Shown in pieces: positions 26,606 through 35,800 of a stretch of 60,870 nt of DNA (position 1 is the stretch's first letter; each line of letters begins with the position of its first letter). A model generated the notes under the pieces. It saw only the letters and a program-made list of their open reading frames with translations. It ran no database searches and was not told where the DNA came from. A program made the translations under genes and the position numbers. The stretch lies in IMG/VR virus record IMGVR_UViG_3300037484_000304, positions 1 through 60,870 of that record. One strand, given 5' to 3'. Source of the stretch: a virus. Its lineage: Duplodnaviria; Caudoviricetes.

Positions 26606-27753
26606 CTGTTGAGCCCGGCAGCCTCCTTGACGGCGATGATCTGAGCACGTATACGCGCCACGTCCGCTTTTGCCTGGTCGGCTTGCTCATCCATACGGTT
26701 GAGCACCCCCCAACAGTCGTCCAGCGCGGCTAGAATGCCGGCCCTCTGCTCTTCGGTCAACACGTTGCCTCCTTCTGGTTCTGGTGTAGTCACAGGTTCA
26801 TCCAATACCGGCACGTCCGGTGGTGTCCAAATCGGTAGCGCCCACTGGCCCTCTGACTGGCGATCGAAGCTGGCCAGTGCATCCCAGGCACCGGGCATGT
26901 TCTCCAAGCTCAGGCCATAGAATGCAGTGTCATTCTCGAAGGCCAAAAAGTAAAACTGTCCCACCACCTCTGGCTTGCTGTTCAGCCATTGGTTGAAGCG
27001 CTTGATCTGCTCGTAGTATAGCGCCATGTCAACCTGGTTGGCGAAGTCCAGGCCATCGGAGTTATATTCCGACAAACTGACTGGTTGCTCGATTCCCAAT
27101 TCGTGGAGGTAAGCCAGGTCCAGGTCCAGACGCTGGGCAAACCAGATCGCGTCATTGCCACCCAGGAAGGTTGCGGGGTCACGGTGCCAGTACGAGTGAA
27201 ACACCAGGATGTCACAGCAGCGCAGGAAGGTTGGCATGTGGCCGTAGCCGCGGAAGTCCTCGCTCTCGTTATGGCCTGGCGACATGGCTGGGCCGCAGAG
27301 CAGCACGTCGGCCATGCCTGCCTGCGCCAACAGGTTGCGCACACGGGGGAAATACTCCTGGCCCCAACGCTCAAGGAAGGCGTAAGTTTCAATGGTGGCT
27401 CGACGCCTGGTTTCGTTACCTACCTGATAGTCCTCGTAGCCAACAGCGCCCTCACTCTCGAGGTTGGGCTCGTTGATGAACTGGACCTTGCGCACGCCCC
27501 GCCAGTACACCTGCCTGATCTCGTCTACCGTGTGGTGCGCCCAATTGGCGGCGTCATGCCACTCGTTGCCATGATTTAGAATGCGTAGCCACATGCGCGA
27601 GCCGAGATGTTCGGCATAGCCCTTGTCACCCTCCAGGACGAGCACCGGGTCAAAGCAGCGGTCCAGTTGCCCCCAGTCCACATCGGCTTGTACGCCTGCC
27701 CCCGTTTTGCTTGGCGCCGTCAACAGGTGTGCATACTCCAACTTTATCTGCAC
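26593..27753 (-). CDS. Glycoside-hydrolase (clan GH-A-like TIM barrel) putative endolysin
   Basis: FINEPN (acid/base), FHSYW, LSEYN (nucleophile); Pro-rich linker and helical tail. GTG 27753 has an RBS. Confidence 0.7.
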   Translation of the reverse strand: MQIKLEYAHLLTAPSKTGAGVQADVDWGQLDRCFDPVLVLEGDKGYAEHLGSRMWLRILNHGNEWHDAANWAHHTVDEIRQVYWRGVRKVQFINEPNLESEGAVGYEDYQVGNETRRRATIETYAFLERWGQEYFPRVRNLLAQAGMADVLLCGPAMSPGHNESEDFRGYGHMPTFLRCCDILVFHSYWHRDPATFLGGNDAIWFAQRLDLDLAYLHELGIEQPVSLSEYNSDGLDFANQVDMALYYEQIKRFNQWLNSKPEVVGQFYFLAFENDTAFYGLSLENMPGAWDALASFDRQSEGQWALPIWTPPDVPVLDEPVTTPEPEGGNVLTEEQRAGILAALDDCWGVLNRMDEQADQAKADVARIRAQIIAVKEAAGLNSPLG

Positions 27754-27949
27754 GCTATTCTCCCCTCGCACAGCAGCGGCACCGGCGCATCAAAGTCCCA
27801 GCCACTACGATGGCCACACATGGCGCACTCGTAACGTACCAGATCGGTGTCGCTCACGAGGGTCCCATGGGCGCACAGCTCGCTCCAGCACCGCGGGCAG
27901 TAGGCAAACGTGCGCTGTTCACACCTCGGCTCAAGATGCAGGAGCCGCC

Positions 27950-28284
27950 TTAACCATTTCTGCACGCTTCTCCCCCCACCATCTCTTCGACCACAGCCAG
28001 CAGCTCCTCTACCTGAAACGGCTTCTCAAGCAACCGTTGCCCCTCGACAAATTGGCCGCAACATTCCCAATCAGAATACAGACCCAATACGGGCCAGCCC
28101 TTGCTGGCACACCGCTGAGCGTCCCCCGGCTCCCCGCAGCAGCCTAAAAGAACACACTTAGGGGCTGCTAGTCTAAGTCTAGCGGCCTCTGCTAATGTCC
28201 GTGCCGGCATAATACGGTAGCCTGCTTGCCGAAGGATGATTAGCAGAAATGCCCTTACCCCGGTTCTTCAATGACCAGCAACAT
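27950..28284 (-). pseudogene. Degenerate receiver-domain gene split by a 1-nt frameshift
   Basis: MLLVIEEPG-stop, continuing in the -1 frame as VRAFLLIILRQAGYRI...LLEKPFQVEELL. Confidence 0.6.
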
Positions 28285-28286
28285 AC

Positions 28287-28667
28287 TTAGACCGCTCCCA
28301 CCGTTACCTGCATAACCAGATTCTCGACCACGTGGCGCATCTCCACTACACCCATGCCTTTCAGGAGTGTCGGTATCCATGCCTGCTGAAACGCCTCCGT
28401 CATCTCGGGGTAGCCTGTGAGCCCGAACATCTGCGGCTCGCATTCACCCCGCTCTCTGAAACGCAGACGAATCAGCTTGGCCAGGGCTGGGCCATCGATA
28501 TCGCCGGGTAGCTTGCCATCGAGCAGCACGGCATCGAACTGCTGCTCTTCCAGCATCCGAAACGCATCCTGCGCTGTCGGCGCCCATTCGAACACGTGAC
28601 CAGCAAATACCCGAGCAAGCAGGTTGTGCCACTCGGGTACGTCGTCAACTAACAGTATGCGGAGCAT
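28287..28667 (-). CDS. Single-domain response regulator (receiver)
   Basis: ILLVDD, DAVLLDGKLPG.IDG, LTGY, LLK; start reassigned to 28667 (GGAGG RBS). Confidence 0.85.
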   Translation of the reverse strand: MLRILLVDDVPEWHNLLARVFAGHVFEWAPTAQDAFRMLEEQQFDAVLLDGKLPGDIDGPALAKLIRLRFRERGECEPQMFGLTGYPEMTEAFQQAWIPTLLKGMGVVEMRHVVENLVMQVTVGAV

Positions 28668-28669
28668 GG

Positions 28670-29020
28670 CTAGTCCTCCTTGCCGATGATGCGGTTGTGC
28701 TCTCGCCGCATCTCCGCCAGCTCGTGCACAACCTCGGCCAGGGTGTTGGCCCCCTCGTTGAGCGCAACGCCCTGATTTCCAAGCGCCACAGCAACCCGCT
28801 CGTACTGGTTGGCCAGCTTTTCCTGGATTTGCAGCAGCCGGTCTTCCCGTTTCTCCGACGCCACCAGCAGAATCGCCTCGCGTGCAGCCGCCGCGTCTCG
28901 CATCTCCGCTTCGCGCTCTCTGCCTGTCTTGAGTATCCACCACACCAACAGTGCCGCGGCCGCCATGCCCGGCGACTGCGTAAGCATTCCCTCCAATAGC
29001 TTCCCGAACAACGGGTCCAT
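28670..29020 (-). CDS. BhlA/UviB-like holin-type membrane protein
   Basis: One TM helix, then WILKT.RERE and a coiled coil. Confidence 0.6.
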   Translation of the reverse strand: MDPLFGKLLEGMLTQSPGMAAAALLVWWILKTGREREAEMRDAAAAREAILLVASEKREDRLLQIQEKLANQYERVAVALGNQGVALNEGANTLAEVVHELAEMRREHNRIIGKED

Positions 29021-29063
29021 ACTCTACTCCCGCTCCACCCGACATATTTACACAGGCACCTGG

Positions 29064-29645
29064 TTAGGCGCCAAACGTCAAGATATTGATGCTAATGGTG
29101 ACGCCCAGGCGATTCTCGATGTACAGTTTGCCGTTCGTGTGCGCACTCACCGTCATCTTGCCGTCGGTGCCGGTCGTGCCCGCCAACACCCCGGTTGTGA
29201 CATTGCAGTTGGCGCTGACGACAAGTGCAGTTGTGAAAGGTTGGCCGGTCGAATACGCCACCACGCCCCAGGCGGTCGAGTAGGCGCTGTTGCGATGGCT
29301 GATGACGATTATCCCAGCGGCAGCGCCAGGTGTGAAGCTCGTCGCGGCATCGTCGTTGATGCTGGCCGTCTGCCCCTGATAGTTCTTGGTCGTGCTGATG
29401 TTCTGGTCGCTAGCGATAGCGCCGCTGCCGTCTGCGACGGTGTGGCTGTGGCTCTTGTCGTGGTGGTCATTAACCGTTTGGCCTGTGGTAATAGCATGAG
29501 TGACGGTGCCGCCCTGGCCCGCGCCTGCATGCGTGTGAGAAGGCAGGTTCGCCGCCACGATCTCCACCACCTCTAGATGGCGCACCCGTTCGGCCAGCCG
29601 TGCCACCGCCCCGATCAGTCGCTCCAGAACGTCGTGGCTAGACAT
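29064..29645 (-). CDS. Minor tail/fibre protein
   Basis: N-terminal coiled coil, HxH motifs, beta-rich C-terminus; end of tail module. Confidence 0.6.
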   Translation of the reverse strand: MSSHDVLERLIGAVARLAERVRHLEVVEIVAANLPSHTHAGAGQGGTVTHAITTGQTVNDHHDKSHSHTVADGSGAIASDQNISTTKNYQGQTASINDDAATSFTPGAAAGIIVISHRNSAYSTAWGVVAYSTGQPFTTALVVSANCNVTTGVLAGTTGTDGKMTVSAHTNGKLYIENRLGVTISINILTFGA

Positions 29646-30741
29646 CTGCTAGCTCCACCGAGATGTTCTCGATATGCCCGCCCTGGCCACCGGCTGCCAC
29701 GTTGACCGTCACCTGCATCACCTTCTTGTCCACCTGCACCGTGCCGAAGCGGGCCGTTACCAGGTCGCCCAGGAAGTAGTGCTTGCCGTACAGGCACGAC
29801 GGAATTTGTAGCACCTCGAAGTTGAAGCTCTCTTTGGCTTGCGCGCTCTCTAGCTCCTCGTCGCCACGAGCGTTGAGGCCAGCGGCCACGCTTTCGTTGC
29901 GGGCATCGCGGAACGCCTCGCGCCGGTTCCAGGGTGACGTTGCAATGGCCGCGGCGTCCGTGCGTTCGTTGACCGTGCGACTGGCTCCTTCGCCCTGCCC
30001 GCCTACGTAAACCGCGTTTACCTCGTCCAGTCGCGAGAGCGCGTAGCGAGGCTGGCCCATGTTGCCGAACTCGACAGCGAATATCACGGGCGGGTTGCTG
30101 CCGCTGTTGCCCACCGTGCGGTCGGTGCCAAGCTGGCCATCGTACCAGCGGAAGGCGAACGCGGCTGCGCCGGTGCCCACAACGGCGAAGTCTCCGCCGC
30201 CCACCAGGGCGATCTCTTGCAGCACCTCCAGCAGGTTGCGGCGGGCGCGCTTGAACGTGATCGAGTTGCCATTGCCGGCGTCCGCCTGCACCGTGAAGCC
30301 GGACAGGGCCCGGACTCCCGCGCTGGGCCCGGCCTGCTCATCCACGTACTCCTTAGCGACCGTCTCCGCCACGCCCGCCTTCTCGGCGCCCGCGGAGCCA
30401 GCCGCGGCGGCGATGATGCGCCGGCCTAGCAGGTCAACATACCCGCGGCCAGCCGAGGTAAAGCGGTGCTCGCCGCTCACCAGCCGCTCCCGTGTGGTCG
30501 AGCGGTGCAGGAACTCGCCATCTGCGTACCACGCTATCGATTGCGCGGGGTCGGCTCGCCAGACCTCGATCTGGCTGTCCAGGGCGAAGAGCGCGACGCG
30601 GCTGTCGTCGCCGTCCAGCGTCAGCGTGTAGGAGCCGACGCTGTTGACGCGCTTGGTGTACGTCAGGCTGAGCCAGTGGACGAGGACGGCTTGGACCGCG
30701 CCTGCCGTGTCCTTGAGGCGCAGATGGTAGGTGGGTGCCAT
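29638..30741 (-). CDS. Siphovirus minor tail protein (Gp37/ReqiPepy6-like)
   Basis: NAVYVGGQGEG..R, RREAFRDAR, YGKHYFLGDLVT. Confidence 0.8.
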   Translation of the reverse strand: MAPTYHLRLKDTAGAVQAVLVHWLSLTYTKRVNSVGSYTLTLDGDDSRVALFALDSQIEVWRADPAQSIAWYADGEFLHRSTTRERLVSGEHRFTSAGRGYVDLLGRRIIAAAAGSAGAEKAGVAETVAKEYVDEQAGPSAGVRALSGFTVQADAGNGNSITFKRARRNLLEVLQEIALVGGGDFAVVGTGAAAFAFRWYDGQLGTDRTVGNSGSNPPVIFAVEFGNMGQPRYALSRLDEVNAVYVGGQGEGASRTVNERTDAAAIATSPWNRREAFRDARNESVAAGLNARGDEELESAQAKESFNFEVLQIPSCLYGKHYFLGDLVTARFGTVQVDKKVMQVTVNVAAGGQGGHIENISVELADV

Positions 30742-31692
30742 CTATTTGGCCGCCGTGTACTCGACTAGCCAGCCGATCACGCGGCAGAAGTCCGCCATGG
30801 TGTCCAGAACGTCTGTAGCGTTGCGAACCAACGTAGGGGACACATAATCGCCCGCCGCGATAGACGTGAGGGCCACTTGCTGAATACCTTGTAGGCCATT
30901 GGTTGTGGCAACGGCCGTGGGGCCAGTGGTATTGCTGTGCTGCGAATAGACTTCTGTCAGGGCGCCGTAGTAAATCTGGTTGGTGACGTAGATGTTACCG
31001 GCCGCGCTGTCGTTGCTGACGATGGCCTTGATCGTCATGCTGGCAATGTAATCCACGGGCACGAAGAAGTTGCCATAAAAGTCGCAGCGCTGGGTGTTGC
31101 TACTGAGGTAGCCGCGCTCGTCAGTGCGGTCTATCGCCGTGCCGGCCGTGATGTTATTGGCACCCACGCACGGCACCAGAAAGCGCCGAGTCCGGCTGTC
31201 CAGATACTCCCGCTGATCGGCCGTCGCCGACACGGCCCCCGCCGAGGAGATCTGAAACTGGTACAGCGGTATCTCCCAGGTCGTCAAGTCCGTCTGTGTC
31301 AAGGCCGGCGTCGAGGGCGACCCAGCGTCTGTCCCGCTGATGAAGGCGAGTCGCACGGTCTGCGCCGCCCAGGACTTGCGCAGCACGACGCGGTGAATCT
31401 GATTGTTCGTCGGCAATGCAGGATACGTGCCGTCGCCTGGCGTGAAGTCCTGCTGGGCGTCATTTTCGTAGAATGTGCCGTGCACCAATGCGCTGCCGGT
31501 GGCAACGCGGATGGTCGAACCCGCCGGATTACTGACAGCCAGACCGTTCAGGTATCCCCAGGAGACGCCTTTGTTCGCAAGTTGCGGCGCTACCAGAGAG
31601 CGCCAGAACTTGTGCCACTGGTTGGCGGTAAAGCCGGATGCAGCACCATCACCTGTGCCGTCTGTGGTCCACGGAAAGCTTGCTTGAGTCAT
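30742..31692 (-). CDS. Minor tail/baseplate protein
   Basis: SFPW, VATGSALVHG.FY, ALTQ...WEIPL. Confidence 0.7.
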   Translation of the reverse strand: MTQASFPWTTDGTGDGAASGFTANQWHKFWRSLVAPQLANKGVSWGYLNGLAVSNPAGSTIRVATGSALVHGTFYENDAQQDFTPGDGTYPALPTNNQIHRVVLRKSWAAQTVRLAFISGTDAGSPSTPALTQTDLTTWEIPLYQFQISSAGAVSATADQREYLDSRTRRFLVPCVGANNITAGTAIDRTDERGYLSSNTQRCDFYGNFFVPVDYIASMTIKAIVSNDSAAGNIYVTNQIYYGALTEVYSQHSNTTGPTAVATTNGLQGIQQVALTSIAAGDYVSPTLVRNATDVLDTMADFCRVIGWLVEYTAAK

Positions 31693-31901
31693 GCGGTTGC
31701 CTCCTTGCTAGCTATTGGCAGATATTGCCTGAACGGTTGCCGTTCGGCTCGGAAATGGGCCGGGAAATGGAGAGGGAAGGCCAGGTCTGCTACCATCGGT
31801 ATCTGCGCTTGTGCAGGTGTGTGTGCACCACGCAGCAGGGCAGCCAGTGGGCCTACGCTCAACACCAGACTGAGCCAGGCACGCCGCGTAATCCTCAGCA
31901 C
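31689..31901 (-). CDS. Small protein with twin-arginine-like signal peptide
   Basis: ITRRAWL, hydrophobic core, AQA cleavage site; YLPIASK near the C-terminus; GGAGGG RBS. Confidence 0.55.
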   Translation of the reverse strand: MLRITRRAWLSLVLSVGPLAALLRGAHTPAQAQIPMVADLAFPLHFPAHFRAERQPFRQYLPIASKEATA

Positions 31902-31910
31902 GTAGCCCTC

Positions 31911-32885
31911 CTACAAGCCAATGAACTTGGTGTACCAGGCAATCGCCGCGTAAGCAGTATCGCCCACCGTTCCGACCACGGTCACCTGCATGTCGTTGAC
32001 GCCTAGCGGCGCCGCAGGATGAGGCTCCAGGTGAAATGTAGCCAGGTTAGAATCGGTAGACAAGTAGCCGACGAGGTTAACCGCTCCTGGCTGCTTGATC
32101 ACCGTCTTCTGGCCGTAAGCCAGGTTGATTGTCACCACATCGCCGGCCACCAGCGGGTATGTTAGATGCAGCTTCTCAGCCGTTGTTAGGTTCTCGACTA
32201 TCACGTCAGCGCACGGCCCCTGAATTGTGATCGTCGGGTAGGCCAGCCAGGTGCCCAGGTAGGTAATGTTGGTTGTGCCAACATAGGCGCCGCCGCCAAA
32301 CAGCAGCGGCACCACTGCCGGAAAGAAGAGGCCGCTGACTGTGAGCACCTGAGTATAGACCGTGCTGTTCGCCGTCGGGTCCGTCCACACCGGATCATGG
32401 GCCACAAAACGCAGCACTTCCTGATAGGCCCATTCGTCCCAGGCGTCCAGACTGCGCGGCTCGAAGGCCGGCCCCTGCTGGATGAACACGGCAAGGTCCC
32501 GCTTCTGGCCGCCCGGTAGCAGCTTCCTGAGCGTAAAAGGCGCCACCGCCCCCACCGTCGCCTGGCGGTTAGGGCGAATGGCGTCGAGGAGCCCGGCGAT
32601 CTGCTTGCGGGTGCCGCCGGGCGTTGTCATTGTCGCCCCGCCACGGCCGTCCCAGTACGCCTCCCGGCTGCAGAACTTCTCGCGGTAAACCATCTGCAGG
32701 ACGCGCGGCCTCAGCCGATAGTCTACAACCGTTTCGCCGTGCTGGAACGGACCCCGCTGCGTGATGTACTCGATCGGCGGCAGCCCCTCGCCAGACGTGG
32801 ACATGGTGAAGCGCCGTTGGTCGTCCCGAAACGTGTAAGTTCGGCTGTCGGGCGTAATCAACTGGTCAAGCTCAAGGATCGCCAC
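31911..32885 (-). CDS. Distal tail protein (Dit-like)
   Basis: Directly after the tape measure; GEGLPP, FVAHDPVW, YPTITIQGP. Confidence 0.75.
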   Translation of the reverse strand: MAILELDQLITPDSRTYTFRDDQRRFTMSTSGEGLPPIEYITQRGPFQHGETVVDYRLRPRVLQMVYREKFCSREAYWDGRGGATMTTPGGTRKQIAGLLDAIRPNRQATVGAVAPFTLRKLLPGGQKRDLAVFIQQGPAFEPRSLDAWDEWAYQEVLRFVAHDPVWTDPTANSTVYTQVLTVSGLFFPAVVPLLFGGGAYVGTTNITYLGTWLAYPTITIQGPCADVIVENLTTAEKLHLTYPLVAGDVVTINLAYGQKTVIKQPGAVNLVGYLSTDSNLATFHLEPHPAAPLGVNDMQVTVVGTVGDTAYAAIAWYTKFIGL

Positions 32886-32890
32886 GTTCG

Positions 32891-35800
32891 CTACCCCCTT
32901 GCCCCGGCCAGCATTTCCATCGCTTGCAGGTCGAGCATGATGCTGGACTCACTCTGCACTTGCGCGTAAGAAGCGCTGAGTTGGTAGGTCCGTTGCTGAG
33001 TGAACGTCGAGCCGCCGCCCGCTCTGAGCATGGCGCCTGGCATTGGCATACCGACGCGGCCACCTAGCACCCGACTGAGCACGCTGTCCACCAGGCCACG
33101 GAGCGAGCTGAGCGGCAGAATGGCCTCGGGCTCGCTGCCCTCGCCTGCCATTAGCACGGTCGGGCGTGTGACAACGGCACCTTCGGCGGCACCGTACAGG
33201 CCCCGGCCGTAGGCGGCGAGCAGAGCGTTGATCACGGAGTCCAGCATGCCGCCCGCCTCACGGGGCAGGGCAGCAAAGGCGTCCAGCACCGCCTGCGGAA
33301 TTTGCATACCCGCTGACGAGAGCGTGTTGGCAATCAGCGAAACGGTCTTGATCATCTCCATCTCAGCCGTCTTGGCTTGCAGTGCGGCGATAGTATCGAG
33401 CAAGCCCCGGATCGTGTTGTTCGCTATGAGTGCGGCCTTTTCTTCGGCTGCTATCTCTTTCAAGCGTTCGGCTGCGGCCTCCCGCTGCACCTTGTTCGTC
33501 GCTTCCAGCGCTTCCCGCCGCCGCTTAATGGCATCCTGTTCAGCGTCCCAGGCGTCCTTTTTGGCAGCCTGCTCAGCCTGCAAAGCCGTCAGCTCGGCGG
33601 CGTGACGATCGGCGACAGCGTCCATCTGGTCCTTGCTGACGGCCATCTCAGCACGCAACACGTCCAGACGGTAACGCTGGTTGTCTCTGTACGAGTCCTC
33701 TTCCAGCTTGAGGTCGTCCAGCCGCTTCTTGTCACCCGTAGTGTGCGCCTTCTCGCGCTCCCTAGCAAAGTACAGGTCGGCCACGTTACCCTCAGCCTGT
33801 AGCTTCTGGTACTCCTCGTTGGCCGCCATCTGCTGGTCCAGGTAGGGCCGCTGCTCCAGAGCGATCTTCTCGTTGAGCAAGTCGATCTCGTCACTGATCG
33901 TCGCCATCTCGGCGTCGTGTACGTTCTGGCGGTAGCGCGACCAATCGGCCAGCGCGTCCATCTGGTCAGCATAGGCCGTGTTCTGCTCTTTTAGTTGGTC
34001 ATTGACGGCCTTGATCTGATCCTCGTACTGCTGCGTCACGGGCGCGGCAATCAGGTCCATGATATCTGTGAGCGGTGAGACGATCTTCGCCAGGCCGCCG
34101 TACATCTGTTCGAGCACCTTCATCAGGTCCTCTATTCCCTTGCGTCCGCCCTTCATCTCGTCAAATACGAATGCCATATTGCTGGCCTGGTCCCTGGCGA
34201 ACTGCTCTGCCTGAGCGCGCATGAAGTCGAACAGGTTGAGCCCTTCGCGGTCCCACCACTCGAAAGTCTCGTCAAAGACGCGGTGAAACACCTCGTTGAA
34301 CGTGCGGCCAGCATCGGTAATACCCAGCGTCAGGCCCTCGATCATCTGCTCGCCGATGATCTGCATGACCTTGGAAGGCGAGCCAATGTCCAGCGCTTCC
34401 GATACAGCCTCAACTGCCGCGTCGGCCACCGCACTCGCGGCCTTGCTCAACATATCAACGCTGCCCATCACGCCATCGGCAATGCCCTGTACAATACTTT
34501 TACCGACACTCTCGACCGCTTGATTGACTGCGCCTGTCTCTACTGATTCTCTGGCCCGCGATAGGCCGCCAGCCAGCGCTATCGCCATGTCGCGGGCAAT
34601 AGGATCAGGCATACTCTCAGTGGCTCGCAGGAAGCCGCCCGCCAAGGCGGTCTGCATGTCGGTGTCTATCTGCTTTGTCATTGGCTCAGTCGCCCGCGCT
34701 AGCCCCCCCGCAAGCGCTGTCTGCATATCGCGGCTGATGGGGTCAGGCATTTCTTCAATAGCGGCAGACACGCCGCTGGCCAGTGACTCGCCCATTGTCT
34801 TGCCCAGGTTGACCAGAATGATAGCGATGCCGCCGCCGCCCTTGACAAGTCCGCCCAGGTCGAGCGCTTTACTCAGAGCGCCCAAGCCAACCTGGATTTG
34901 CTGGCTCATCTCTTTGCCCAGCACGTCGCCCAGGTTGACAACACCAGCCAGCAGGCCGCCAACCATTTGTTCACCAACGGTCTTTGTGACCGTAGATGGC
35001 GAGTGAATACCAAGCGTATCACGGGCCATCTGAACCGCGTTGCTCAGGCTGTCGCTTAGCTTTCGGCCCACGGCGCCTGCCAGGCCGCCTAGACCTTGCA
35101 CGATGCCGTCAATCATGGCAATGCCGAAGTTGATCGTAACTTCGATGATTGCCTTGTTGATTTCCCAGATGGTCGAAACTGGGAACATCTTGGCGATCAT
35201 CTGTGGCGTTGGGATATTATGTATACCGCCCGTGGTGTTCTCGTCTGAAAAGCCGGTTCTGAACATGTCAAGAACTTGCTGGCCGAGTTTGCGCCCCAGG
35301 CCTGCCCAATCCTGTTGGTCAATCCACACTGCCGCCGTTTCATCCAGCCGTCTTGTTGCGGCCCAGATCTCCAGCCAGTTTATTGCCTCCCAGGATTTCT
35401 TGAGCCAAGCAACAGCGTCTGCTGTAATAGGCTGCACGGTCTCAACAAAAGCCGCGCCTATACTGCCGACTGTCTGCCAGACAGCCGTCCAGTCGATCTT
35501 AGCCCATTGTGCGGCCAGCCAGGATGTAACGTTGCTGTATATCGCCATGATGTTGGCGGCCAGGGCGCTACCGATGCTCGTTACGCTCGCCCATATGCTG
35601 GCCCAATCGATCTTGCTCCACATGTTCGATAGCCAGTTCGTCACATTGTCGACGATAGAGACGATATTACTGGCTAGAACTGCCCCTATTCCCCTGACAG
35701 CGGCCCACACCTCAGCCCACTTGACCTTAGCCCACTGCTCACCCAACCAACCGGTGACAGCATCCGCTATGCTCGCAACACCACCTGCCAGAGCCTGACC

